The translations under genes and the position numbers were made by a program. A stretch of DNA of 64,000 nucleotides from Eledone cirrhosa (taxonomy: Eukaryota), in contig OZ024755.1 in NCBI GenBank assembly GCA_964016885.1, positions 36,828,001 to 36,892,000 of the forward strand, read 5' to 3'. Each line of letters starts with the position of its first letter. The stretch's first letter is position 1. Positions 39,977-54,339 of the stretch are shown here, one piece after another. Below the pieces are notes generated by a model. It made no database searches, was not told the DNA's origin, and saw only the letters and a program-made list of their open reading frames with translations.

Positions 39977-40494
39977 CTCTCTCTCTCTCTATCTCTCTAT
40001 CTATCTATCTATCTTCCACTCTTATTCTTTCATTTTCACATTCTATAGAAATACATATGCATAGATATATTTGTGTACGTGTAAGTATGTATATATATAT
40101 ATATATTTATTCATAATTGTATGTATATATATATATTTGTGTGTTTGTGTGTTCGAATATGTGAGGATGTGTGTGTGTGTATGTCTGTGTGTGTGTGTTT
40201 ACAATTTTCATAGTTTTCATTCTGTATAGATTTAAAAGTTAAGAAAACTTCTATAGCTGCGGGTTCCAAACTTTCCTTTGAAACATTTATTTTCACGTTG
40301 TATTTGTAAGCTCAAAAACTATATTTGCACAATTACTCAGTTCTGTCGATTACAATTCAATCTTGTATCTTTTTTAGTGAAACAGGGATTAAATGGTTTA
40401 CACTCGTAACGTCTTCGGATTTGTTCCAATGGGAAATCATGGGTTTAGTTTCCATTCCATGGAATGGATGTGAATCAATTGATATTATATATTT

Positions 40495-40610
40495 TGAGTT
40501 GAAATCCCGCCAAGGTTAACTTTGCCTTTCATCCTTACGGGGTCGATAAAATAAAGTACCAGTAATGCACTGGGTTATTGCTGGCCTTGTGCCTAACGTA
40601 GAAACAATTA
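40495..40610 (+). mobile_element. 5'-truncated SINE (main family)
   Basis: Family homology from the B-box onward. Confidence 0.88.
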
Positions 40611-40691
40611 TATATTTTGATTCCATGTTGACTTGGTCTCACAAGTCTGCAGATGAATAGACTTAAAACAACTGTCATATTATATATAATC

Positions 40692-40912
40692 TGGGCGGTG
40701 GATTAGCAGTATCGGTTGAGGGTCGGACGCCATGCTTTGCAGCAAAGAGTTACGGCCCTTTATGATCTGAGTTCAAATCCCGCCGAGGTTAACTTTGCCT
40801 TTCATCCTTACGGGGTCGATAAAATAAAGTACCAGTCACGCACTGGGGTTGATTTAATCGACATTCCCCTCCCCCAAAATTGCTGGCCCTGTGCCTATAT
40901 AAGAAACCATAT
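40692..40912 (+). mobile_element. tRNA-derived SINE (main family, longer subtype)
   Basis: Family homology; direct repeat catattatatataatct on both flanks. Confidence 0.93.
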
Positions 40913-41847
40913 TATATATAATCTTGGTACTTGCTAATCATCATTAAGGCTCTTCTAAGTTATTGTCTCCCTTTTCAAATGCCTTATTTTTATTTCAGGC
41001 AGTCCAATATTACCTGCCATTAAACCCATGCATGTTTTTCATTATTTTATTCATTACGAACTTGTCTATATCCCTGATCCTTCAAAATACCCTTATATCT
41101 ATAACAATTTTCGTTGTTCTTAATTCTTCTTGTTTTATCGTTACTAGCAGAAAAACCACCCTTAGGGTGGTTTCCTGCTAGTATGTGTAGTGTGCATATT
41201 TATATTATACGTAAATATATATGCATGTAAATATGATACGTGAAATAAAATCGTAATTGACAATATGCACAGAAATTGAAGAGAGACTGTGTTACACTCT
41301 CTTCTGTTATCAGTAACGTAATCCATGATACATTAAAGAAAAGACGATATTATATATAAACTGCATTAGGAGAAAATTAGTGTTGACATTTGAAAATTTT
41401 AAAGAAGTGAATCGTTAAATAAATAATAAAATATATTTAATGAGCAGCCACGAAATTTAGTAGATAAATTATGTAATATTCATTCATTATTTATTCAAAG
41501 TAATCCAACTTATTTTACTAATGGGATAAACAATTATAAACCGTACGTAGTCCCGCGCTTCTTACTCTATTATAGTTTAGATGATTTCAAAATTACGTAG
41601 AGCACAATTTTATATTTATCAGTCCATTCCATAATCAAACGAAAATACATTCTTAAATTCTATTACAACGAAAAGGAATTGTTTAAGCATTTATGTAATA
41701 AAGAAACCCAAAAACAATGAAATTTATTTTTCTGCTAAGAGGAGACAGTAAGGGACTTTGAAGGCTGGTATGAATCTTAGTATTCAGTTTACAAAGGGGA
41801 ACGAAACTCGCTAAGGAAAGAAGGGTGTTATTTGATATGTATTTACC

Positions 41848-41885
<38 letters not shown>

Positions 41886-41961
41886 TTAAAGGTTAAACAA
41901 GGTTCAATGAATAAATCAAAGAATAAAGTTTTACAATGTCTATTTTTGTTAATATTTTGAA

Positions 41962-42067
<106 letters not shown>

Positions 42068-42159
42068 GGAGGTGAGTTTTATTGTAGTACAATAAAGCAA
42101 TGTTGATTTAAAACTGCACTATTCACAAGTGTTTTTTAACCTTCATATCATGTCTTCCT

Positions 42160-42220
42160 ATTTTATCTGATGAAAACACAAATATGATGATATTTGTTTT
42201 TGAAATGCGCATAATAAAAT
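42160..42220 (+). ncRNA. Minimal type-I hammerhead ribozyme
   Basis: attttat-CTGATGA-aaacacaaatat gatg atatttgttttt-GAAA-TGCGCA-TA-ataaaat; palindromic stem III. Confidence 0.82.
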
Positions 42221-42251
42221 ACATGGAACTCTTTTAACCATCTTTTGATCT

Positions 42252-42295
<44 letters not shown>

Positions 42296-42793
42296 CTAAT
42301 AGTTAGTTACGGGGGATAGCATACTGTTAATAATCCTCGTCTTGGGTGTTCGTGAGTGATTTAAAGAACTTGAAGAATCTATCCCAAACCCAAAAGGCTT
42401 GCACAATGGGACCCCAAAATCGCAGTGGTTGCTGATTGTGTTAATCGCAAATAAGACGTTTGCGATCGTGAGATCAGAGGTATTGATCTTAGTTGTGATT
42501 GTATCAAAATCATAACCAAAAACTGAATAAAGAATGGATGTTTTCAAGCAGTACATCCTTCGTGTAATTTTTATGTGAATAGACATTTCAAACATTGAAA
42601 ACTCATGAAAGTAGACCATGCGTTTTATCGTTGTGTGAATTATATGAAGCCACCCGCATATGTGTTAGGGTCCCGTGGCTTTACATTTTATTAGTGCGTT
42701 TCATTGAGTTTTCATATAAATATCTAAAATTAATACACAATACCATGTTCCTTCTTTATATCGAAACCAGAATACCAAAATATTCCATTATGA

Positions 42794-43278
42794 TCTAATC
42801 TAATCTGGCCGAGTTTACACTCGCAAATAAGAAGAACCAGGGCCGCCCCTAGTAGCATTGGATTTGGTGTACTTCATATTTGTTTCGGTTGCTGAATACA
42901 ACCAGGGGTCACTGCTTCTCCTGAAGGTCAATAGTTCTCTTCTAACTCAAGCGGGAGTACCTTTCCATTGTCAATTTGCATTGATCATCTGCAAAGCCAC
43001 ATTGTTCTCTGAACCACTACACCAGTCTTTTGATGTGTGTAGCTGGAACTACTGCCATCCATTGATTTGGTAGGAATGGTTTTTTTGTTTAGATGGCCGT
43101 TGACTCTTATGAGTTCTTCTGCCTTTTGTCAGGTTTTGGTTTTTGTCCTGCATGGTGTCCAAAATCACCCACCTCACCAAGTAAACTTGGTGGGGTTGCC
43201 GGTTTAGTCGCCGACAACCCGACCACGCGACAGGTTGCACTGGGCTACATGTTACCAGTAGTACTCGAGAGTGACCTG
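42794..43278 (-). mobile_element. Non-autonomous retroelement, RTE-like head, (ATTAG)n tail
   Basis: Head homologous to 12411-12600; body homologous to 45594-45938. Confidence 0.8.
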
Positions 43279-43876
43279 ACATAAAAATATATTTAATAAG
43301 GAACATCATCAAATATGACATTTTCTAATAGATATCAAACATTATTCAAAACAAAAAACATCATATAAATACTTACACTTGAAATACAAAAATGACATTC
43401 TTGCATCGCAATCAAGCAGAAATATATTGACTGGTCGACAAAATTGTCAAATCTTTTATACATATTTTGTGTTTTTTATCAGAGCAATGCACATTAAGCA
43501 TTTAACTCACTATATTACAGGCGTATGTAAGGCGTAAGTAGTTCATATAAAACAATATCAAATAAAATACAAAAATAAAGCTTAATAACCCCAAATAGGT
43601 TAATACCATCAGAATACCTAGACATACAAGACCGTTTAATTCAGCAGAAAACCTAAGAAATGTTGAGAGCATTAAATATACAATAGAATATATCTAATAT
43701 TCACAAAGTTTAGCAGAGTTATGCGCATCATTAAGCTAATAATTTACCAAAAATGTGCATACGGCTGGTTGCACTGAAACAATTGTCAAGTGTGCCTGTT
43801 AATAGTCTAGAATAATAAAAAATAAACATGTACTTTACTTGAAGCGTACAAGATTTAAGTTCATCCTATCTGTATA

Positions 43877-44026
<150 letters not shown>

Positions 44027-44220
44027 CAAAACGGTTTTTTTCCATTTCAAGTAGACGCGCTCCATCATCCACTTTTCTAAAAAAATAAATTATACACAAA
44101 ACGCCAGCACCAACAGTTTTCCAAGAGATGTCAACATGAATGGAGCTGTTATTTTTATCTAAACACATTTTTCCAATTCCATCCCGTCCGTCCCTTCAAT
44201 CTATCTTATTTCTCATTCTT

Positions 44221-44256
44221 TCTTCTGATGAAAGACTAGCGTCCGAAACGTTAATG
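44221..44256 (+). ncRNA. Minimal type-I hammerhead ribozyme (27432 family), degenerate
   Basis: tctt-CTGATGA-aagac tagc gtcc-GAAA-CG-TT-aa. Confidence 0.65.
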
Positions 44257-44454
44257 TCCTCTTCCTGCTCTTTCAAGCGTCAACCTAATATATTCCTTCC
44301 ATATACTGTACCGATTGTGTTGTTATTTCTGTTTACCTTTTACACACACACACACACACACGAGATCTTCCGATTTATCTCTTTGTAAAATATATGTCAT
44401 TAAGAAGGTTTAGAAGAAATTATTTCAGGTCGGAGTTATTACACTGTAATTAAG

Positions 44455-44520
<66 letters not shown>

Positions 44521-44721
44521 CCCCCCCCCCCCACACACACATATAAAACAAATTGAAGTTTAGTAAAATGGAAGTTTCGGCTGTAGCCGAGCTAACGAAA
44601 TCCAATCAGGTCTTATGCAGCCAAGCACTCGATGAGGTAGCTCAGAGAAATAACATACGTTAGATAACAGGACAAATTAAAAACTGTGGCAGGCAAGCCT
44701 AGCCGCAACATCGAAGGTTAA

Positions 44722-44831
44722 ATAATTGTTTCTACTTTAGGCACAAGGCCAGCAATTACCCAGTGCATTACTGGTACTTTATTTTATCGACCCCGTAAGG
44801 ATGAAAGGCGAAGTAAACCTCGGCGGGATTT
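44722..44831 (-). mobile_element. 5'-truncated SINE (main family)
   Basis: Family homology. Confidence 0.88.
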
Positions 44832-45003
44832 AAATAATATTTATATATATATTCGGCTGAGCGAGTGATTTTAAGCATTATCTCTGTGTGTTGGTACTTA
44901 AACGATAGTTATAGCTCTGGTTTATCCAAACTATTGAGCCCTTTGCCACACATTTCGAAGATTGTGTTTCGTGGGTCGAAATTCCGATTCTCGATAATTT
45001 ATT

Positions 45004-45057
<54 letters not shown>

Positions 45058-45141
45058 GGATTTAGCTTCAAGCGTACCTGTATACAGATATGTATAGAAA
45101 TTTCGTATTTCTAAAGAAACACGGTATGTTTACAGATAAAC

Positions 45142-45262
<121 letters not shown>

Positions 45263-45449
45263 TGTGTCAAACAATAACAAGTGGGACACATGACAAAGAC
45301 ACAAACATTGAGAATTACCGCTCGTCAGCTGTTCACGAGCGTCTCCATAATTTCGAGTATTTTGACATCATTACTATTCTTTCCAGTGCATCAGGTTTCC
45401 ATAAATTGAGGGAATTATGCGGTAAAAGAACACTACTTTGTTTCTTTTG

Positions 45450-45938
45450 TTTTTTGTCCTGCAGGGTGTCCAAAATCACCCTCCTCAACAAGTAAACTTG
45501 GTGGGGTTGCCGGTTTAGACGCCAACGAACCGACCATGCGACAGGTTGTACTGGGTTACAAGTTACCAGTAGCACTCAAGAGTCACCCGATGTAAAACAA
45601 AACCTGACAACGGGCAGAAGAACTCATAAGAGTCAACGGCCATCTAAAAAAAAAAATCCTGCCAAATCAATGGGTGGCAGTAGTTCCAGCTACACACATC
45701 AAAAGACTGGTGTAGTGGTTCTGAGAACAATGTGGCTTTGCAGATGATCAATGTAAATTGACAATGGAAAGGTACTCCCGCTTGAGTTAGAAGAGAACTA
45801 TTGACCTTCAGGAGAAGCAGTGACCCCTGATTGTATTCAGCAATCAAAACAAATATGAAGTACACCAAATCCAATGCTCCTAGGGGCGGCCCTAGTTCTT
45901 CTTATTTGCGAGTGTAAACTCGACCAGATTAGATTAGA
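45450..45938. mobile_element. Copy of the 42794 element with inverted 5' head
   Basis: 45450-45588 head on minus, 45594-45938 body on plus. Confidence 0.8.
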
Positions 45939-46324
45939 ACACAACTGGTACTGGATAAGGCAATAACAGTACAGTTTTGTCTACTGGAACCATTGCACAT
46001 GGAAACATGACGAAACTGCACCCGTCTCCTTTTAATTCCCCACAAGTTCAATAAAAATGTATTTATGACAGATATATTTTCCGATTGTGCGCATTAGGAT
46101 TATGACAACGAATATAAACATTTCCCAATCACATTGAGGTAATTTATCAGAAGCATTCTTATGTATTTATATTTTCTTTCTATTTACCACTCTCTTCACA
46201 TTATTTTGTCTATCTCCCTGTATATCTTTCGTTTTCTGAGTCTCATTGTCTGTCTTTTTATAGATACATCTATGTTATAGAAGAAATACGGTATCTGAAA
46301 GATAGCGTGTTCGCTCATACACAC

Positions 46325-46355
<31 letters not shown>

Positions 46356-46361
46356 CATATA

Positions 46362-46572
46362 CAGGGTGGCCCAAAAGCGACAGATGGGTTGCATGGCCCC
46401 AATTTGAAAGTTGTAATTTTTCATAAGCAATGTAGAGGTCTGACAAGGATTGACGAGTGCAAAATAATTTCCATTATGTCCTTTAAGTTGTATCAAAATT
46501 TCATACATCAATCTGTACAATTCAGGAAGTTAATAAAAACTAAAACCCCTGTGTGACTTTTGGGCCTCCCTG
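46362..46572. mobile_element. Tc1/mariner-type MITE
   Basis: TA flanks; TIR cagggtggcccaaaag / cttttgggcctccctg. Confidence 0.85.
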
Positions 46573-46902
46573 TATATATATATATAAAACATGTAAATAT
46601 ATATGTATATATATATATATATATTTACACCCAAACAATACTGATCTAAGAGAAGTATAAATAAATAAATAAATACATACACAAGCACAATAACAACAAA
46701 CACATATAAACAAACACTAGTAAACTAATATAGAATACAATAACCAATATACAGTCACCCAAACACGAACACACATCAAACACTATACACACACACGCAA
46801 ACGCATGCGCAGAGAAGACAAAAAAAAAATAAATAAATAAATAAACAGAGTAAATAAAGATGGCGTAGGCCTACAATACAACAGGAGGAAACATAATAGC
46901 AC

Positions 46903-46940
46903 CACTGACGATGTTGCAGATGTGCAACGAAAGAACTTTG
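46903..46940 (+). ncRNA. Minimal type-I hammerhead ribozyme (related to 26047 family)
   Basis: ca-CTGACGA-tgttgca gatg tgcaac-GAAA-GAAC-TT-tg, within a pseudo-LTR-like region at 46630-47130. Confidence 0.72.
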
Positions 46941-47127
46941 TTAGACTATATATATGTGTTTGTGTCTATATTGTACCTGTATTTTTGACCGTTGGTCAGT
47001 CAATAGTAACATTGAGGACCGAATAAATTAAATTAACCGATATAAAAGACACAGAAGCGAAAACCAACCAAACAGTGAGTGTGTTCTGTTATTATTTCTG
47101 GCAATATTATTACACAAATATGACCCT

Positions 47128-47187
<60 letters not shown>

Positions 47188-47287
47188 ATTGAGGTTGGTA
47201 ATGGCACATGGAATATATAAGAGACAGAATACTTTTTTGTGAAAAAACATAATTTTATAAGGTAAGGAAATAATAAAGGGTATAAAA

Positions 47288-47331
47288 AATGACCGGTTTC
47301 GATGGGTCTGCAAAAGCCATCTTTTCAAATG
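47288..47331 (-). ncRNA. U3-A8 variant minimal hammerhead ribozyme
   Basis: at-TTGAAAA-gatgg cttttgcagac ccatc-GAAA-CCGG-TC-at; truncated copy at 3205-3339. Confidence 0.7.
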
Positions 47332-47680
47332 TTGATTAATATTAAGAAAAATTAATAATACGAAGAGTTAAAATTTGAGACTTGAAAATTCAAGTATAAA
47401 ATTCATTGTGGGATTTCATAGCAGTTTTCATCTTGGTAGCAGCAAGTTGACTGCTGTGTGTCCCTTTCTGGTAGTGAATGAGAAGTTATTTGGGGTGTGG
47501 GTTATTTTATAAAGGTCAGATTTAGCAATCGCCAGCTGCTGGTCAGTGAGGGGGTGGAAGCAATATACATACACATATCTTCCTGTGATGGGTAGGAGAG
47601 TGGAGCGTGATAGAAAAGGATTTAGTGCACTTACACCTATATATACACACATACCTTCATCCACACATACATACATATAC

Positions 47681-47717
<37 letters not shown>

Positions 47718-47770
47718 CACACATACATACACACACACATACATATACATACACACATACACACACACAC

Positions 47771-47804
<34 letters not shown>

Positions 47805-47840
47805 CGTTTCTGAATTGGCAATATGACCCTTCCAAAGTAT

Positions 47841-47901
<61 letters not shown>

Positions 47902-47911
47902 AACATTTAAT

Positions 47912-47943
<32 letters not shown>

Positions 47944-47959
47944 AACATTTAATTATATA

Positions 47960-48009
<50 letters not shown>

Positions 48010-48061
48010 AACATTTAATTATATATATATATATATATATATACAAACATTTAATTATATA

Positions 48062-48125
<64 letters not shown>

Positions 48126-48165
48126 AACATTTAATTATATATATATATATATATATATACAAACA

Positions 48166-48205
<40 letters not shown>

Positions 48206-48288
48206 AACATTTAATTATATATATATATATGTAGATTTAACACTTCACTGCTCGCAAGTGTTTTTTAAACTTCATATCATGTCTTCCT

Positions 48289-48357
48289 ATTTTATCTGAA
48301 GAGAACGCAAGTATCATCCCATGATGATATTTGTTTTTGAAATGCGCATAATAAAAT
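48289..48357 (+). ncRNA. Minimal type-I hammerhead ribozyme (42160 family)
   Basis: attttat-CTGAAGA-gaacgcaagtatcat..atgatatttgttttt-GAAA-TGCGCA-TA-ataaaat. Confidence 0.8.
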
Positions 48358-48386
48358 ACATGGAACTCTTTTAACCATCTTTTGAT

Positions 48387-48437
<51 letters not shown>

Positions 48438-49550
48438 ATAATAATAAATTTGAAGACTAAAATCCAAAGATAAGGATAAATATATATCAAATATATAAGA
48501 ACCGTAGAGCAAATATTTATTAAAATAACAGATTAAAGTTTAAGCAAAGAATCGCTGCTTTCACCCTTAACGGGATCTTCTGAAATTAAAAAAGTCAATC
48601 TGTAAAAGTCAATCTGTAAACGCAGAAGCAAATATTTCAAAAAACGTTGCAACCGAAGGAAGACAGGAAGACGATACTTCGGTTCGTGGAAACGTTCTCT
48701 GGCAAAGAACGGCAAAAAACGAAGATAATACGTCATTATTTGGTGGAGTGAAAACAATTACACGCGAAGACAAAACCACGTTTATGGTACAAATGAAGTT
48801 GTAGACTAATATTCTATTAGGTGATTTATGGAAACGTTCTCTGGCAAAGAACGGAAAAAACGAAGATAATACATCATATGTGGAGCGATGAGAACAATTG
48901 CACGCAAAGACAAAACCACGTAAATGGTATAACTGAAGTCGTAGACTAAAATTCTAACTAGGAAACCGAATGATTCTCGGCTTCAGAGTTAAGAATAAAG
49001 TAAATAAAATACAGAGGTAATTGAAATTACGTATATAAACATACACACATCCATATACGTACATACACAATCATACGCGAAAACACTCCCCATGGGTATA
49101 TGCAAATGCAAGCACGTACACAAAAAAAAACAAAACAAAAAAACACCCCATACACACGCACATACAGAACCCACGCAACACCTGTACCGCACACATACGA
49201 ACGTATACACCAAATACACATACCCCCCCCCCCCAAAAAAAAACATATATATATACACGTGTGTGTATGTGTGTGTGTGTGCGTGTATACATACTTAAAT
49301 AAACGTATGTAAATATACACACATAAATACGTATATAACGCGCACACACACCCACCCACATGTAAATACACATATGTTCGCGGACGTACCTCAACCAGAA
49401 GACAAAGTACACATATACACACACCCTACATACGTACGAACCCGCCTACTCACACAGACGCAAAACTCACGTATACACATAACCAAATGCACATGTACCA
49501 GTATATATAAGCAGCAATTCTTTGCTGAAACTTTAATCTGTTATTTTAAT

Positions 49551-49674
<124 letters not shown>

Positions 49675-49749
49675 GGTAATAATAATAAATTTGAAGACTA
49701 AAATCCAAAGAGGGCTCGCGATTCTTTGCTTAAACTTTAATCTATTTTA

Positions 49750-49806
<57 letters not shown>

Positions 49807-50487
49807 CAAACATTTAATTATATGTATGTTTGTGGTATAAAGTAGCAAAAAAGTACACATTGGTGAGTGTATGTTTGTATGTATGTATGTATGTATGTAT
49901 TACGTATGTATGTATGCATGCATGTATGCATGTATGTATGCATGCATGTATATATTTGTGTTTCTGTATGTTATAATTTGTATCGGTGCAATGATATTAA
50001 AAGAAAAACTGACAACCAATTTATGATACGTACTGCTGTCGAAAATCTGAGGGCGACATGATATATGTTGTTTTTCTATATGAAAGAAAGTAAAGAAATA
50101 TTTGTTTAAATAATAGCAGTGTATTTTATTCGTTTTATCTTAAAAAAAGAAAAGAAGGTAGATTTTCATTTTGGTTTTTATTTCTCCAGGGAAAAGGACA
50201 ACTGAACATAAATTTATGAAGAGAGATTACATTTTATTAAGCATTGATTAGAAAACATACACATTACTAGATAAATACTAAAAGAGTAAATATGTAATAA
50301 TGCAATTATATAAAAGAAAACTGTTTGTTTTGTTATATTTATTCAATTCTAATTTATTGAATTGTCATTTTGCGTTTTTGTTATATTTGTATTATTTTCA
50401 ATTTTGATTCATACATTCATTTTAAGATGATTTATACTTGTGGTTAAGTTAACCACAATTCCTTAATATGATGGATGTCTGCAAGAG

Positions 50488-50610
<123 letters not shown>

Positions 50611-50707
50611 CATACACACACATATATATATGCATACACATATATATATATATTTATATATATACATAAACACATACATATATATATATATATGCATATA
50701 TATATAT

Positions 50708-50738
<31 letters not shown>

Positions 50739-50895
50739 CATACACATATATATATACATACACACACACATATATATATATATATACACACAAACACACA
50801 CACACATTTATATATACATATACATATATATATATATATACACACATATATATATATATATACACATATATACATATATATGTATATATATATAT

Positions 50896-50986
<91 letters not shown>

Positions 50987-51193
50987 TATACATATATATA
51001 TATGAATTAAAGTGTTTAACGATATTCAATTATTATGTCAAAGAATGAGTTTTACAGTAGATTGGAAGCACTGTACGAAAAATAATTTTCCGGAGTTATT
51101 AATATTAAAATATAAATATTAATAAAATAGATGTTCTTTTGAATCACTAAATCTTAACCATTTAACATCTCAGGGTATGTCATGTATCATTAT

Positions 51194-51246
51194 ATTTTGT
51201 CTGATGAGGACGTACTGTTGTACATCCGAAATATGTATAATAAAAT
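51194..51246 (+). ncRNA. Minimal type-I hammerhead ribozyme
   Basis: attttgt-CTGATGA-ggacgtac tgtt gtacatcc-GAAA-TATGTA-TA-ataaaat; inside an inverted repeat at about 51098-51145 / 51255-51295. Confidence 0.87.
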
Positions 51247-51375
51247 GTAATTGATCAAAAGAACATCTATTTTATTAATATTTATATTTTAATATATATA
51301 TGTGTGTGTGTGTATATCTATATCTATATATATATGTATGTATATATATGTATATATATATATGTATATATATAC

Positions 51376-51557
<182 letters not shown>

Positions 51558-52239
51558 GTATATATGTGTGTGTGTGAGTGTTTGTGTGTGTGTGTGTGCT
51601 AGTATACTAAAGTAATAACATTTAAGGACGGCTTAATTAATCATGGAGAATCGTGTTGGGTTCAAAATGGCGGGTGAAAACTTTGTTAAGATTTGTCGTT
51701 ATTTTGTTTTGTTCTTCAATATCATAACACACTCTTCTTCTTCTTCTTCTTCTTCTTGATCCTCATCATCTTCTCCTGTATTATCTTCACCCACTTATTT
51801 CTAGGAGTGCCCTGCCAGCGTCTAGGGGCCCTATCAGAAGCAACCCCTCTCCCATTGTTCTTGATAGATCCCCAAGCAAGTTCAACAGAGCTCATGGATG
51901 TAACCTAATCACCAGCAATATGGTCTACCCCTCTCACTCTTGCCGGTTTACTATATCCTAAAAACTTGTCGATTGATTTTTTTTCTTACACATTCTAATC
52001 ACTTGATCGTAGTATCGTAGCTGTGATCTCTCGATGTGGTGAAACAGCACCTCTACCTAGAGCGACCCCTTCATCTCCGAGCTACGCTCGCTGTTGAGTA
52101 ACCTTACTCCAGAGACCTTAACAGTGATCCCCCATTTAACCGCTTATAGTCGTGAGCGTATCCTTGCGGTCATTACGTAGGATATATGACCGCAAGGTAT
52201 CCACGAACACCGATTTATAAATTAGGAGTTTGTCTTCGA

Positions 52240-53885
52240 CACCAACCCCCCTTCCTGATGATAACCAATTATTGCACTAGTTGCACCAACCCCCCTTCCT
52301 GATGATAACCAATTATTGCACTAGTTGCACCCCCCCCCTTCCTGATGATAACCAATTATTGCACTAGTTGCACCAACCCTCCCCTTCCTGATGATAACCC
52401 ATTATTGCACTAGTTGCACCAACCCCCCTTCCTGATGATAACCAATTATTGCACTAGTTGCACCCCCCCCTTCCTGATGATAACCAATTATTGCACTAGT
52501 TGCACCAACCCTCCCCTTCCTGATGATAACCCATTATTGCACTAGTTGCACCAACCCCCCTTCCTGATGATAACCAATTATTGCACTAGTTGCACCCCCC
52601 CTTCCTGATGATAACCAATTATTGCACTAGTTGCACCAACCCCCCTTCCTGATGATAACCAATTATTGCACTAGTTGCACCAACCCCCCTTCCTGATGAT
52701 AACCAATTATTGCACTAGTTGCACCCCCCCCTTCCTGATGATAACCAATTATTGCACTAGTTGCACCAACCCTCCCCTTCCTGATGATAACCAATTATTG
52801 CACTAGTTGCACCAACCCCCCCTTCCTGATGATAAACAATTATTGCACTAGTTGCACCCCCCCCTTCCTGATGATAACCAATTATTGCACTAGTTGCACC
52901 CCCCCTTCCTGATGATAACCAATTATTGCACTAGTTGCACCCCCCCCCCTTCCTGATGATAACCCATTATTGCACTAGTTGCACCAACCCCCCTTCCTGA
53001 TGATAACCAATTATTGCACTAGTTGCACCCCCCCTTCCTGATGATAACCAATTATTGCACTAGTTGCACCCCCCCCCTTCCTGATGATAACCAATTATTG
53101 CACTAGTTGCACCCCCCTCTTCCTGATGATAACCCATTATTGCACTAGTTGCACCAACCCCCCTTCCTGATGATAACCAATTATTGCACTAGTTGCACCC
53201 CCCCTTCCTGATGATAACCCATTATTGCACTAGTTGCACCAACCCCCCTTCCTGATGATAACCAATTATTGCACTAGTTGCACGCCCCCCTTCCTGATGA
53301 TAACCAATTATTGCACTAGTTGCACCAACCCCCCTTCCTGATGATAACCAATTATTGCACTAGTTGCACCCCCCCTTCCTGATGATAACCAATTATTGTA
53401 CTAGTTGCACTAACCCCCCTTCCTGATGATAACCAATTATTGCACTAGTTGCACCCCCCCTTCCTGATGATAACCAATTATTGCACTAGTTGCACCAACC
53501 CCCCTTCCTGATGATAACCAATTATTGCACTAGTTGCACCCCCCCTTCCTGATGATAACCAATTATTGCACTAGTTGCACTAACCCCCCTTCCTGATGAT
53601 AACCAATTATTGCACTAGTTGCACCAACCCCCCTTCCTGATGATAACCAATTATTGCACTAGTTGCACCAACCCCCCTTCCTAATGATAACCAATTATTG
53701 CACTAGTTGCACCAACCCCCCTTCCTGATGATAACCAATTATTGCACTAGTTGCACCAACCCCCCTTCCTGATGATAACCAATTATTGCACTAGTTGCAC
53801 CAACCCCCCTTCCTGATGATAACCAATTATTGCACTAGTTGCACCAACCCCCCTTCCTGATGATAACCAATTATTGCACTAGTTG
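52240..53885. repeat. 41-45-bp minisatellite, about 38 copies
   Basis: Unit (ccaa)ccccccttcctgatgataaccaattattgcactagttgca with variable poly-C. Confidence 0.97.
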
Positions 53886-53948
53886 GTGCAATTCTTACAT
53901 TTCAATCAACCTCTTGTCTTCCATCACTTGTGAGAAAAGACTCTAGAT

Positions 53949-54339
53949 CAGGTATCGACAACCTTTTTAGAGAAGCGGGCCGCATGAGATATATCTCATC
54001 ATCAGGCGGGCCGCATGAGATATAGCCCATCATCAGGCGGGCCGCATGAGATCATGAGATATATCTCATCATCAGGCGGGCCGCATGAGATATGGCTCAT
54101 CATCAGGCAGGCTGCAAGCGCTAATTTACATTCGTGCCCACATTAAAAAAAGGGTGGTAACTCAGATTGTTTTGATTTGTTTCTTTAGAATTCGTACACG
54201 TTGTTTTCCTCGGTCGTAAAAATGATAGAAAGATAAATTACAACTGAAAAGTTGGGGTAAAAAAATCAGAAAGATTTCACTTAGGTGACTTAGGTGAGCC
54301 ATTCAGAAAGCTTCGCGGGCCGCAGGTTGCCCATCACTG
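53949..54339 (-). mobile_element. hAT (Charlie-like) MITE with internal ~31-bp tandem expansion
   Basis: 8-bp target-site duplication ctctagat/gtctagat (NTCTAGAN); homolog of 11886-12177. Confidence 0.9.

Noticed and set aside
52240-53885. CRISPR array or tandem hammerhead array (each unit has CTGATGA and a short palindrome)
   Set aside because: No unique spacers, no cas genes and no GAAA half-core; the unit derives from LINE sequence
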